Translations under genes and position numbers: made by a program
Assembly: GCA_041751215.1 (NCBI GenBank)
Contig: JBGSXW010000005.1
Location: 67,664 to 131,663 of the forward strand
Origin: Candidatus Saccharimonadales bacterium
Lineage (GTDB): Bacteria; Patescibacteriota; Saccharimonadia; Saccharimonadales; JBGSXW01
Direction: 5' to 3'
DNA: 64,000 nt
In this document: one piece after another, positions 1 through 9,460 of the stretch
How positions within the stretch are numbered: position 1 is the first letter of the stretch
Layout of the letters: each line of letters opens with the position of its first letter
The notes under the pieces: model-generated
The model's database searches: none
Told to the model about the DNA's origin: nothing
Seen by the model: only the letters and a program-made list of their open reading frames with translations

Positions 1-1194
1 ATCGGCGGCCGCTAACGTCAGTGCGTGCGCTTTTTCAGGTTTATCGGCAACACCAACAATGTTTAAGTTGCGTCCTCCTTGTGCGTATATTTCTCCGTCC
101 TGCTCGGCAGTACCAGCATGAAAAACCGTAACACCATCGATGGCTTTAGCCTGTTCGATGCCAGTAATTCTTTGCCCATCAACTACCTCTCCTGGATAGC
201 CGGGCGTAGTCAAAACTACTAGATTTGAGTGTTGATCTTGCTTCCATTTCAGCTCCACCGACTCGAGATCGCCAACCAAAGACCGCCTAATAACCTCGAT
301 GATATCAAACTGCGCCAACGGCCGCGCTAGCTGCGTCTCGGGATCACCGCTCCGGCCATTGTACTCAATAACTGTGATACCGTTATCGCGCGTAACCATG
401 AGCCCGGGATATAGGACCCCTAAGAAATCCAACCCGTCCAGCACTGGCTTTATCGCTTGTTCGCCAGCTTTTTCGGTAGCCGCCATGTCGAACCAAGGTA
501 CTGGCATGATGCCGCCTACGCCTCCAGTATTTTTGCCCGTATCTCCCTCTCCAATGGTTTTGTAATCTTGCATCGAGAGCCACATTTTGTGAACAGCTCC
601 AGCCACAAAAGCGTGCGTCGAAATTTCACCGCCCTCCAGATGTTGCTCCAGCACCGCAGCCACTGCCGCTTCTGCTCCATAGATTTGATCAACCATTAGC
701 TCGTCTATCAATCTGTGGGCTTCCGCCATAGTCTCAGCTCTGTTAGCTGCCTTACCAGCCCCCAGCCCGGCTCCCTTAACCCAAAGTGGAAAGACCATGG
801 CTTCAACAGCTTCGTGAGCCAACTTGGCACTATCAAACGAGCCATAATCTGCGGTCGGCACGCCGCGATCTTTCATTAGAGCTTTGCTCCAGTCCTTTCG
901 CGACTCGATCCTAAAAGCCGACTGAGATGGACCGTAAGTTGGCACGCCAATGGCCTGCAGACGATCGACCAAACCTAAGCTCAGCAAACTGTCGCGCTGA
1001 ACTATTACAAGGTCAGGATGAAAAGTCTCAACCGCTGACTGCATGTCATCGAGATCTGCTAGGTCCACCTCAACATTGATTCCTACCTCGCCGGTTCCAC
1101 CGTTTCCTGGCGCAATTAACACCTCTTCTACGTGCGGTGAATCTTTAGCCCAAGCAGCAAGGGCATGGGTGCGGCCCTCATAGCCAAAAACCAT
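1..1194 (-). CDS. purD: phosphoribosylamine--glycine ligase (GAR synthetase), C-terminus cut by window edge
   Basis: Not in ORF track because it runs off the edge. Hand translation of the minus strand from ATG at 1194 gives MVFGYEGRTHALAAW...IAPGNGGT...GDTGKNTGGVGG...EYNGRSGDPETQ...VFHAGT...GGRNLNIVG, matching PurD ATP-grasp motifs. The frame stays open to position 1. Confidence 0.8.
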   Translation of the reverse strand, partial: MVFGYEGRTHALAAWAKDSPHVEEVLIAPGNGGTGEVGINVEVDLADLDDMQSAVETFHPDLVIVQRDSLLSLGLVDRLQAIGVPTYGPSQSAFRIESRKDWSKALMKDRGVPTADYGSFDSAKLAHEAVEAMVFPLWVKGAGLGAGKAANRAETMAEAHRLIDELMVDQIYGAEAAVAAVLEQHLEGGEISTHAFVAGAVHKMWLSMQDYKTIGEGDTGKNTGGVGGIMPVPWFDMAATEKAGEQAIKPVLDGLDFLGVLYPGLMVTRDNGITVIEYNGRSGDPETQLARPLAQFDIIEVIRRSLVGDLESVELKWKQDQHSNLVVLTTPGYPGEVVDGQRITGIEQAKAIDGVTVFHAGTAEQDGEIYAQGGRNLNIVGVADKPEKAHALTLAAAD

Positions 1195-1259
1195 CACTGT
1201 CAGGTCATCGCGTTCAAGTAGCCCAGATACGTTTTGTTCGTACTCTGGACTAGCTTCGA

Positions 1260-3905
1260 TCAAAGAGCGCCCCAATCCTTTCCGATTGATACATCAACGT
1301 CGAGTTTTACTGGAAGTTTGTAGATCTTTTGCATGATGTCTTGCATCTGGTCGCCGACTTGCTTGGCCATCTTGTCGGGGCACTCAACTAAAATGCTGTC
1401 GTGGATCTGCAGAATCTGCTTGGCTTCTTTGGGGAGTTTTTTATCGAGCTCGATCATCGCCATCTTCATAAGATCGGCTTCGGTTCCTTGTAATGGCATG
1501 TTTACCGCTGCGCGCTCGGCGGCAGCTCTAACAACCCAGTTGCTCGATTTAACGTCCGGTGTTGGGCGGCGGCGACCAAACAGCGTCTCAACGTAACCTT
1601 GGTCGTGAGCTTCTTTCTTAGTTTTATCGATGTATTCGCGGATTGGTTTGCGTAGCTCAAAGTATCGATCGATAAAAATTTTGGCATCTTTTTGAGTCAT
1701 GCCCGTAGCTACACTCAAACCGTGCGGGCTCATGCCGTACATGATGCCAAAGTTAATGACCTTGGCATGGCGTCGTTGCTCTTTGGTGACGTCCTCGAGC
1801 GGAATGCCGTAGACCTGCGCGGCGGTACGGATATGAATATCTACGCCGTCGTTAAAGATCTCTATTAGATCGTCGTCGTGAGCTAGCGCAGCCGCTAGGC
1901 GCAACTCAAACTGCGAGTAGTCGGCAGAAATTAAAGTGTGTCCCTTCTCGGCAATAAAGGCCTTTCGGATCTTACGACCCTCCTCGGTGCGAATCGGGAT
2001 GTTTTGCAAGTTAGGATCGTGCGAGCTTAGGCGTCCGGTTGGCGCCACGGCAGTCGAGAAAGTTGTGTGCACGCGACCGTCACTAGCAATTAAGTCTGGC
2101 AGCGTATCGACATAGGTACTCTTTAGCTTGGTGACTTCACGGTACTTGGTGATCTGATCTATAATTTCGTGCTTGCCGCGGAGTTTATCGAGCTCGGTTG
2201 CAGCCGTAGAATAGCCGGTTTTAGTCTTTTTGATCGTTTCGGTTGGTAGTTTAAGTTCCTCAAACAAGATGTCGGCAAGCTGTGCAGGCGAGGCAATATT
2301 AAACTCTTTGCCCGCAAGTCCATAAATTGTTTGTTCGATGTCGGAGATTTCGCCTTCCATCTGAGTCGACATCTTGCGCAACTTTGAGCCATCGAGCTTG
2401 ATCCCATTTAGCTCCATCTTGGCCAGCACTGCAATTGACGGCCACTCTACCTCTCTGGCAAGCTTAGCAAGCTTGGGAATCTTATTAAGTGCACCGAGCT
2501 GAGCATTGTAGAGCTTCCATACGGTCGGCGCTATGGTTCCGCTCAGATCTAGTCGTTTCTCTGGTGGAACGTCGTCTAGGTCCTCTCCCTCGTAGCCAAA
2601 GGCGTCCTGTGCCAGCCTGGTTAAGCCCTGCTCCCGAATTAAAGAGTTAAGCAAAAAGGCGGCCATGCGCACATCGTGGTGAATCGGCGTGATTTCTACA
2701 CCGAGTCGGTAAAACGCCTTAAAAACAGCCTTGGTATCGTGAGCAATCTTAGGCACAGATTCGTCTTCTAGAATGTTTTTAAGGGCTTTGGCGACGTTTT
2801 CGGGCTTGAGTTTAGTGGCATTTATTAAGTAGGCACGCTTGGCATCATCGCTAATTAGCACCTCTGTTAGATCTGCTCCGTGGGCGCCGTTACACCAAAC
2901 GTGAACCACTAGCTCGGTGTGTGGTTTTAGTTCGAGCGACTCAAGTTGAGCCGGCAGCTCAACCTTGGTGACCTCGACGTTATGAGCCAGACCCTGCTCG
3001 GTATGTTTTTGCACGACTTCAGCCTCAACCTGCATTTTGTCTGGCAGTTGTCTTAACAAAGTTCTAAATTCTAGTTTTTGCAAAATTGCCGCGACAGCCT
3101 CAGGTTTGGTGTTGGTGACGTCGGCTTGCTTCCAGTCGAGTTTTATCGGCACGTCGCAGTCTAGAATTACTAACTTCTTAGTTAGATATGCCATGTCTTT
3201 GCCGGCTTCGAGCTTTTTAGCTAGGTTCGCTTTAATGAGGCCCAGATTGTCATATATGTTATCGAGTGAGCCAAACTCTTTAATAAGCTCGGTTGCGCCC
3301 TTTTCGCCAATACCAGCCACGCCAGGAATGTTATCGCTGGCATCACCCTTTAGCGACTTAAAGTCGACGAATTGCTCGGGCGTCATCTGATATTTAGCTT
3401 CAAAATGCGATTTATCGAACAATTCAACATCAGTTAAGCCGCGCTTGAGTGAAGCTACTTGAACGTGACCGTTTACCAACTGCAGCACGTCGTGATCGCT
3501 GGTGACAAGAATTGTTTCTATGTCTTTTTCTTTTGCCTTAACGGCGAAAGTTCCCATGATGTCATCGGCTTCATGATCATCAATTTCGTAAAGAGGCCAG
3601 CCGAAAGCATCGAGTAAATCGTGCAAGATGGGCACCTGGACATAAAAATCCGGCGGTGCGGGTTTGCGATTAGCTTTGTACTGCGGATAAAGATCCGTGC
3701 GACGACGAATGTTGGTCTTGGGCTTATCCCAGGCCACGCAGACGTAGTCTGGCTTGAGTTTCTTGAGAACTTCCAGCCCCATGACCGCAAAGCCGTAGAC
3801 TCCCCCGGTGGGCGTGCCGTCGCTGGTAGCGAGGTTGGGCATCGCATAGTAGCCGCGGTAGAACACGGACTTACCATCGATGACCACTAGCCTCTTTTTT
3901 GACAT
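1260..3905 (-). CDS. polA: DNA polymerase I
   Basis: 881-aa ORF. N-terminal 5'-3' exonuclease domain (ASDNIPGVAGIGEKGA). Polymerase motif A ISADYSQFELRLAA, motif B RRHAKVINFGIMYGM, motif C QIHDSILVE. Confidence 0.97.
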   Translation of the reverse strand: MSKKRLVVIDGKSVFYRGYYAMPNLATSDGTPTGGVYGFAVMGLEVLKKLKPDYVCVAWDKPKTNIRRRTDLYPQYKANRKPAPPDFYVQVPILHDLLDAFGWPLYEIDDHEADDIMGTFAVKAKEKDIETILVTSDHDVLQLVNGHVQVASLKRGLTDVELFDKSHFEAKYQMTPEQFVDFKSLKGDASDNIPGVAGIGEKGATELIKEFGSLDNIYDNLGLIKANLAKKLEAGKDMAYLTKKLVILDCDVPIKLDWKQADVTNTKPEAVAAILQKLEFRTLLRQLPDKMQVEAEVVQKHTEQGLAHNVEVTKVELPAQLESLELKPHTELVVHVWCNGAHGADLTEVLISDDAKRAYLINATKLKPENVAKALKNILEDESVPKIAHDTKAVFKAFYRLGVEITPIHHDVRMAAFLLNSLIREQGLTRLAQDAFGYEGEDLDDVPPEKRLDLSGTIAPTVWKLYNAQLGALNKIPKLAKLAREVEWPSIAVLAKMELNGIKLDGSKLRKMSTQMEGEISDIEQTIYGLAGKEFNIASPAQLADILFEELKLPTETIKKTKTGYSTAATELDKLRGKHEIIDQITKYREVTKLKSTYVDTLPDLIASDGRVHTTFSTAVAPTGRLSSHDPNLQNIPIRTEEGRKIRKAFIAEKGHTLISADYSQFELRLAAALAHDDDLIEIFNDGVDIHIRTAAQVYGIPLEDVTKEQRRHAKVINFGIMYGMSPHGLSVATGMTQKDAKIFIDRYFELRKPIREYIDKTKKEAHDQGYVETLFGRRRPTPDVKSSNWVVRAAAERAAVNMPLQGTEADLMKMAMIELDKKLPKEAKQILQIHDSILVECPDKMAKQVGDQMQDIMQKIYKLPVKLDVDVSIGKDWGAL

Positions 3906-4040
3906 GCTTTAAGTATATCTGTTTGGCTGAGAAGTTGCGACCTTGAGGACTTTGGACGATTTTTCACACACTTCTAAGCGTGTTTGGAGTAGGCTGCGCT
4001 CAGTAGGACCGGAGGTTTTAAACCCCCTTGGGTGGGTGGG

Positions 4041-5510
4041 CTATTCTACTACTAGGTAGTCGGCTTGCTCGGCGTTATTGATAATGATTTCCCAAGCCTG
4101 CTTGTCGACGTCGATTTCCATTAAGTTTACTTTGGGCAAATATTCTTTGGATTCGGCGATCTTACCACCGTCCTTGAAGAAGCCTGCGAGTTTATCGGCG
4201 TTTTCAACCGCACTACCGATTACGAGTAAGCCACCGCCCTCGCCTTCAACGACTTCCTTGATTCCCAGGCCGTGAATATCTAGGTCTATAACTTTTTCAA
4301 TCTTGCTAGTATCAACATCGAACTTCCAAAGCGTGGTCTTGTTTACTTTATAGCTATTGGCAGTCGTGCTGTCATCGCCGTCTTCGTCAACCTTTAGAGC
4401 TTTCTGTTCTGATGTAGTGGTGAAGAATACCGTCTTTCCATCAGGAGACCAAGCCATGCTTTCAACCGTAGCCTCGGTATTGGCAGATACAGCAGTTTTG
4501 CCGTCTGATGTGCTGACCAGGAGTAGTTTGCTGCTAGCTATATCACCGTTAGCTTTGTAAGTCGCTGAGCCGGTAGCAATCGTCTTGCCGTCTGGGGAAA
4601 CCCAACCCATATCACTCGATGCCGCAACAACCTTATCTTTTCCGGTAATCATGTCGAAGGCGTATACACCCTTAGATGAGCACGCACCTTCATGGTAAAG
4701 TGTGTCGTTAATGATGTCGTTAGTGATCGTGTTGTAGGTGTTAAAAGTGACGTCAAACAATGTGTGCACGTCCGCCGCATCAGAATATGCTCCGCCACAA
4801 CCGCTCTTAACGACGTATGTTCCCTTATCGGTGGCTTTGGCCTCTTCAAGGTCATAAGTAGAAACAGCAAGTTTGTCGCTCAGTTTTGTCTGTTCACTGT
4901 AAACCAAAGTTTTATCGTCGATCCAGCGAGCATTGGCGTTAACCTTTTCAGTCGAATCCAATACTGTAGTCGACTTGGCAGTTGCTATATCCATGTAAGC
5001 AATTTGCAATGAAGTAACGGTGCTCACCTTGTCTTCCTCGGTTCTTGTATACGAGACCATGGTTCCGTCCGGAGATACTTGAGGACTTGAGTAGTAAAGT
5101 ACGCCGTCGAGCGCAGGTACAAAAGTTGTTTCGAGTTTCAGTTCAGCGTCGGTTGTTAGCTGCTTCTCTTCTCCGTCAACATCAACCCATAAGTTACCGG
5201 CACGAATAAATGCTACGACAGTCTTAGCTTCGGCTTCCTCAACTTGCGCTGTATCTGCTGATTCTGGTTCTTCGTCTTTATTCATAACCAAGAAGTAATA
5301 GGCGGCTGCCCCACCGGCTGCTAGTAGCAACACCAGGAGTGCAATAAGCAGCTTCTTTTTCTTGCCGCTTTTAGGCTTTTTGCCAGAGTCTGGCAGCGGC
5401 GCTGAAGGCTGTTGCTGTTCAGGGGTTTCTTCTGGTTTATTTTCGTCTGGCATCTCAGGCGCCGGACCGGCCATTTCTGGTTGCATTTGCGGAGCTTTAA
5501 TATCGTCCAT
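4041..5510 (-). CDS. membrane-anchored protein with TolB-like beta-propeller repeats
   Basis: 489-aa ORF. Acidic/Pro-rich N-terminus, a Lys-rich stretch, then one TM helix (LLIALLVLLLAAGGAAAYYFLV). Repeated SPDG motifs (VSPDGTMVSY, WVSPDGKTIA, WSPDGKTVFF). Confidence 0.6.
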   Translation of the reverse strand: MDDIKAPQMQPEMAGPAPEMPDENKPEETPEQQQPSAPLPDSGKKPKSGKKKKLLIALLVLLLAAGGAAAYYFLVMNKDEEPESADTAQVEEAEAKTVVAFIRAGNLWVDVDGEEKQLTTDAELKLETTFVPALDGVLYYSSPQVSPDGTMVSYTRTEEDKVSTVTSLQIAYMDIATAKSTTVLDSTEKVNANARWIDDKTLVYSEQTKLSDKLAVSTYDLEEAKATDKGTYVVKSGCGGAYSDAADVHTLFDVTFNTYNTITNDIINDTLYHEGACSSKGVYAFDMITGKDKVVAASSDMGWVSPDGKTIATGSATYKANGDIASSKLLLVSTSDGKTAVSANTEATVESMAWSPDGKTVFFTTTSEQKALKVDEDGDDSTTANSYKVNKTTLWKFDVDTSKIEKVIDLDIHGLGIKEVVEGEGGGLLVIGSAVENADKLAGFFKDGGKIAESKEYLPKVNLMEIDVDKQAWEIIINNAEQADYLVVE

Positions 5511-5588
5511 CGAGCTTATCCTTTTAGTTAATTGAAGTTTAGCACATGAGCACTAGCAAACAGATGAAATTCTGTTTATGATGGACGG

Positions 5589-6143
5589 ATGAATGACAAG
5601 CTTGTGATCACCCTAGTTGGAATGCCTGGCGCCGGCAAAAGCTACTGCGTTGATTACCTAGAGAAAAAAGGCTTTCCAAACGTCTACTTTGGCGGCATCA
5701 CCGTTGATGAAGTTAAAGCCCGCGGCCTTGATGTCAATGAGGCTAACGAGAAGATGGTGCGCGAAGACATCCGAGCCAAAGAAGGTGTTGGTGTCTACGC
5801 TACTCGCATCATCGCCAAGCTCGAAAAACTGTTTGGTGAAGGCCACAAAACAGTAGTTGCCGATGGCCTGTACAGCTGGACTGAGTACAAGATTTTCAAA
5901 GAGAAGTTCGGCGACAACGCTGTGATTATCGCAATTGTTTCTCCTCGCAAGACTAGACACGCTCGTTTGGCTGATCGGCCAGTCCGTCCTTTGACTGATG
6001 AGGAGGTTACCTCGCGCGAATACGCCGAGATTGAGAACTTAGAAAAGGGTGGCCCGATCGCCAATGCCGACTACACCATAGTCAACGACTCGACGCCCGA
6101 AGACATGACCGCTCAGTTAGAGAAAGTCCTCGAGCAACTTTAA
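5589..6143 (+). CDS. P-loop nucleotide/nucleoside kinase-like protein
   Basis: 184-aa ORF with Walker A GMPGAGKS near the N-terminus. Size is typical of small NMP-kinase-like proteins. Substrate cannot be assigned. Confidence 0.6.
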   Translation: MNDKLVITLVGMPGAGKSYCVDYLEKKGFPNVYFGGITVDEVKARGLDVNEANEKMVREDIRAKEGVGVYATRIIAKLEKLFGEGHKTVVADGLYSWTEYKIFKEKFGDNAVIIAIVSPRKTRHARLADRPVRPLTDEEVTSREYAEIENLEKGGPIANADYTIVNDSTPEDMTAQLEKVLEQL

Positions 6144-6754
6144 GCGGTTACAACAACCTGGGTATCGATAGTTTCGTCGGACCCAACAGGGTGCAAGTTC
6201 ATTTCGTGAATTGTACCGCCAGGCAGTGAGATCACTCGCTCTGTTAGTACGGGAGCGCCGTTTTGAGGTGAAGAGTAAACATCCACGGTGGCCTCAGATA
6301 AAGCGGCTTCGAGACTTTGTGGTGATTCGGCCCCTAAAAACTTGGCTGCATCTTCGACTGCAAATGTCCGCGCCACAACCGCACCTTGTCGGTCAACTTC
6401 ACTGACTTCTGACTCTGTACTTGCTTGCGTTGGACGAATAAGTTCAACTGTCTGATCGGCTTTTACGCCACCAGCAACTTCCGACAATGCACCAAGATCG
6501 TAGCGCTTTTTAGCAACGCTGCCCAAGGCATCCTTGGCCCAACGCTTTGAAGTCTCAGCTTTAGCGCGGGCTCTATCCTGACTTGGAACACCAAATCCTT
6601 CTTTTACATCAGCTGCTTGATCATCCGTTAGTTCTACAGGAGTTGAGTCAACTGCCAGTCCGCGCGATTGAGCAAGCTCGCCGCGAATTCGTTCTAGCTC
6701 AGCACTTCCTTTTGGTACTTCCGTTGATAGATTTCCTTCGACTGATACGCTCAT
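6140..6754 (-). CDS. hypothetical protein
   Basis: 204-aa acidic ORF with no recognisable motif. It has a 4-nt convergent overlap with the kinase-like gene. Confidence 0.5.
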   Translation of the reverse strand: MSVSVEGNLSTEVPKGSAELERIRGELAQSRGLAVDSTPVELTDDQAADVKEGFGVPSQDRARAKAETSKRWAKDALGSVAKKRYDLGALSEVAGGVKADQTVELIRPTQASTESEVSEVDRQGAVVARTFAVEDAAKFLGAESPQSLEAALSEATVDVYSSPQNGAPVLTERVISLPGGTIHEMNLHPVGSDETIDTQVVVTA

Positions 6755-6857
6755 GTTTTTGGCCTTTTTTTTGTTTATTTTTGAACTTTATATAACAAAT
6801 CTATCATACTTATGCTTGCTTGTCAACTAGATGTTCCTGTAGGTACTCAGTTAGCTT

Positions 6858-7295
6858 CTAGTCTTGTGTATCCGTTCTAGACGTAATCTCTACCTGAGCC
6901 TCGTGCCCATCAAGCCCGTACACGCCACGAGCATTAAGGCACAGCTCTGATCCCATTTCATATTCTTTGCAAGATTTTGGACGATCATCGTAGTTTGAAC
7001 ATTCCCCGTCATCAGTTAGATAACCGCAATCTTCAGTGAGCATATAAAAACCGTAACGACTCTTTACTCGCACCGCTGTTGGGACAGGAACTCGCCGCCC
7101 ATCGGCATCCAAGCTTTCAACCTGAAGAATTACGCGTTGATCGTAGTTTTTGGGTTTTACTATCGGCTCTAGCTTCATGGACCGTCGATGCCTGTACGCT
7201 TCCTGCGCGTCCAGCATCAAAGCCGTCGGCGCACGACAGCAAGCCCCAACGCAATTAGAGCAATTTACCTCAGTCGGTTCTGATTCCATAGACAT
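6858..7295 (-). CDS. YkgJ/UPF0153-type cysteine-cluster protein
   Basis: 145-aa ORF with an N-terminal CSNCVGACC (CxxCxxCC) cluster and a second Cys group (CGYLTDDGECSNYDDRPKSC). Confidence 0.65.
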   Translation of the reverse strand: MSMESEPTEVNCSNCVGACCRAPTALMLDAQEAYRHRRSMKLEPIVKPKNYDQRVILQVESLDADGRRVPVPTAVRVKSRYGFYMLTEDCGYLTDDGECSNYDDRPKSCKEYEMGSELCLNARGVYGLDGHEAQVEITSRTDTQD

Positions 7296-7482
7296 GAACT
7301 ATATGGTGCAATATCATTTAATTTTTTGCAAGTTTATTGCTACACTTTTACTACTCCGGGTAGGAGTGAAATGCAAAGTCCATAGCTGATGGGTTTACGC
7401 CCTAGGTGATTGGCGCTAGTACCTCAACATCCCAACTACCATAGCCGATGGTCGAAGGATCTAGGCGATTGGAGAAGAAGCA

Positions 7483-8070
7483 ATGCCATCGAAACTGTAC
7501 AGAGAAGGAAGGCTTCCGTACTACCGGGGCAGTCTTCTGTCTAGGCTAGAAGACGAGACGATCAGCCGGATCGTAGTCCGCGTGGATCTCCTCCGCCGCC
7601 CAGGCCAACCGCCCGGCAGCGAACAAGTTCACGCCATGCTGATCAACTGGCGACAGGATGACGACGGTGAAGTCGCCGGCGTATTCCAGTTCGACTCGAC
7701 CGACCCATTCGATCCGCACCACTTGCAAATGCAGGTGTACTTCCACGACCACCCCCTCGCTCAGCCGTACGTTTTTCTACGCGCCATCCAGCACGGGAAC
7801 CCGGCCTGGTGGGAGCACCGTTCACCGACCGGACTACGACTTGGTTGGCGTGGTCGCGCGACCGCAGGTGCTCTCAACTGGGAGACGCTGAATCAGGGCG
7901 TACTGCTGTCGCAGTACCTGTGTCGGTTCGCCGGCATGATCAACCAATGGAAGCCACCCAGTGAGCGCCACGTCGCAGGTTCGTTCCTCAGGGAAGGCAC
8001 CGAGAAGCGTCTGAATTCGCTCATCATGAACACCAACACCGAACTCCATCGACTGGTCCTTGGTATGTAA
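7483..8070 (+). CDS. hypothetical protein (high-GC islet A)
   Basis: 195-aa ORF with GC3-rich codons. GGAGAAG Shine-Dalgarno sits 5-11 nt upstream of the ATG. A hairpin plus T-run follows. No recognisable motif. Confidence 0.55.
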   Translation: MPSKLYREGRLPYYRGSLLSRLEDETISRIVVRVDLLRRPGQPPGSEQVHAMLINWRQDDDGEVAGVFQFDSTDPFDPHHLQMQVYFHDHPLAQPYVFLRAIQHGNPAWWEHRSPTGLRLGWRGRATAGALNWETLNQGVLLSQYLCRFAGMINQWKPPSERHVAGSFLREGTEKRLNSLIMNTNTELHRLVLGM

Positions 8071-8089
8071 CACCCCTTCTACCCGAAGA

Positions 8090-8158
8090 CCCCGCCGTGC
8101 TCTCTGTATCCGTTACCAAACGGGCAAAATACAGACGGCGCGCGGGGTTTTCACTTTT
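8090..8158 (+). terminator. rho-independent terminator of islet A ORF
   Basis: Nested hairpin: CCCCGC (8090-8095) pairs with GCGGGG (8142-8147), with inner CTGTAT/ATACAG and CCGTT/AACGG stems. TTTTCACTTTT follows. Confidence 0.6.
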
Positions 8159-8159
8159 C

Positions 8160-8348
8160 TACATACACGCGTCAGTCAAAACCTCTGAATTTGTGAGGAT
8201 AGAACATGGAGCAACGAGGACTGTTCTGACGGACTCCGCAGTTGCCCAAGTTCTAGCTGAACAAATTCTTGAGTGTTTTGCCTGCAGCGTGAAAGTTTTG
8301 CGCCACTTTATAAAAAGCGGCAGAAGCGCGCCACCGCAGGTGGCAAAC
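8160..8348 (-). repeat. intergenic modular repeat, copy A (truncated), immediately downstream of rpoD
   Basis: The reverse complement aligns with 29466-29650 and 49263-49520. Shared blocks: GCCGCTTTTTATAAAGTGGCGCAAAACTTTCACGCTGCAG, TTCAGCTAGAACTTGGGCAACTGCGGAGT, CAGTCCTCG, CTCACAAATTCAGAGGTTTTGACTGACGCGTG. Confidence 0.75.
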
Positions 8349-8351
8349 AAA

Positions 8352-9458
8352 CTACTTTAAGTAATCATGCAGACGCTTCGCGTCCTTGTGTTTCCGAAGT
8401 TTAGCCAATGCTTTAGCCTCAATCTGCCTAATTCGCTCACGAGTAACATTAAACTCCTGCCCTACTTCTTCTAGGGTGTGGCTTTTGCCGTCTTCTAAAC
8501 CAAAGCGCATCTTCAAAATCTTTTGTTCGCGCTCGCTCAAAACGCCCAGCATATCTTTAACGTGTTCTTTAAGCAGCTGGCCAGTAGCAGACTCTTCTGG
8601 AGTTACGGTGTCTTCGTCCTCAATAAAGTCGCCGAGTACAGAATCTTCCTCGTCTTCACGAACTGAGGCATCAAGCGAGCTAATGTCCTGCTTGATCTTC
8701 ATGATGTGCTCAACCTTCTCAACTTCAATCTCCATTTCTTTGGCGATTTCTTCGTTGGTTGGTTCGCGGTTAAGTTCCTGTGTTAATCGGCGCTGAGTTC
8801 TAAGCAGCTTGTTAATGGTTTCAACCATGTGCACCGGAATACGAATGGTGCGAGCTTGGTCGGCAATGGCGCGAGTAATAGCTTGGCGAATCCACCAAGT
8901 AGCGTAGGTCGAGAACTTAAACCCCTTAGACGGATCAAACTTTTCAACTGCGCGGAGCAGTCCAGTGTTACCCTCTTGAATCAGGTCTAACAGATCTAAA
9001 CCGCGTCCCACGTAGCGCTTAGCAATTGAAACAACTAAACGCATGTTTGCTTCGGCCATTTCGTCTTTGGCCTTTTTGTCGCCGGCAACCACACGGTTAG
9101 CCAGAGTAATCTCTTCCTCGGGAGTTAGTAGTGGAATCTTACCGATTTCGCGCAAATAAAGACGCACTGAGTCATCGGCCACATCATCGAGATAGCCCTC
9201 GTTCGGTGCTACAGCCTCTTCTTCTTCGGCTTCCCATTCCGCGTCTTTGCCTTCGACTTCGATGCCTAGATCAACCAGCTCAGTAAACAAGCCGTCTAAA
9301 ACTTCGACGTTGTCATTGTTGTCCGGAATCTTTTCGTATATTTCTTTTTGATCAATTGTGCCGGTTTTTTTGGCTTTTTCGAGCAACTCTTGCTTAATTT
9401 GTTCTAACGAATCGGGGGTAGCTGGTGCCGCCGCCTTTTTCTTGCCTTTTGGTGCCAT
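8352..9458 (-). CDS. rpoD: RNA polymerase sigma factor, primary sigma-70
   Basis: 368-aa ORF. Region 2 [28 protein letters not shown], region 4 [25 protein letters not shown]. Acidic N-terminal region. Confidence 0.97.
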   Translation of the reverse strand: MAPKGKKKAAAPATPDSLEQIKQELLEKAKKTGTIDQKEIYEKIPDNNDNVEVLDGLFTELVDLGIEVEGKDAEWEAEEEEAVAPNEGYLDDVADDSVRLYLREIGKIPLLTPEEEITLANRVVAGDKKAKDEMAEANMRLVVSIAKRYVGRGLDLLDLIQEGNTGLLRAVEKFDPSKGFKFSTYATWWIRQAITRAIADQARTIRIPVHMVETINKLLRTQRRLTQELNREPTNEEIAKEMEIEVEKVEHIMKIKQDISSLDASVREDEEDSVLGDFIEDEDTVTPEESATGQLLKEHVKDMLGVLSEREQKILKMRFGLEDGKSHTLEEVGQEFNVTRERIRQIEAKALAKLRKHKDAKRLHDYLK

Positions 9459-9460
9459 GT

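Noticed and set aside
299-699. Short ORFs 299..565, 383..583 and 457..699 at the left edge.
   Set aside because: They lie in alternative frames or on the opposite strand within the convincingly PurD-coding minus-strand frame.
7397-7412. A shared 12-mer ACGCCCTAGGTG between the islet A upstream repeat and the right arm of the 23661-23827 inverted-repeat element.
   Set aside because: Hundreds of random 12-mer coincidences are expected in 64 kb when both strands are counted. The flanking similarity does not extend.
7546-8073. Multiple overlapping ORFs on both strands inside islet A (7546..7752, 7643..7825, 7658..7891, 7834..8073). Similar ones occur in islets B, C and D (12725..13030, 12843..13076, 32846..33457, 33046..33324, 41905..42258, 42010..42249, 42445..42699).
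   Set aside because: Stop-codon depletion in GC-rich DNA produces long spurious frames. Only the frame with GC3 bias, a Shine-Dalgarno sequence and a downstream terminator was kept in each islet.
8097-8360. ORFs 8097..8360 and 8159..8350 between islet A and rpoD.
   Set aside because: They fall inside repeat copy A and the terminator region. They have no ribosome-binding site and no frame conservation with the other repeat copies.
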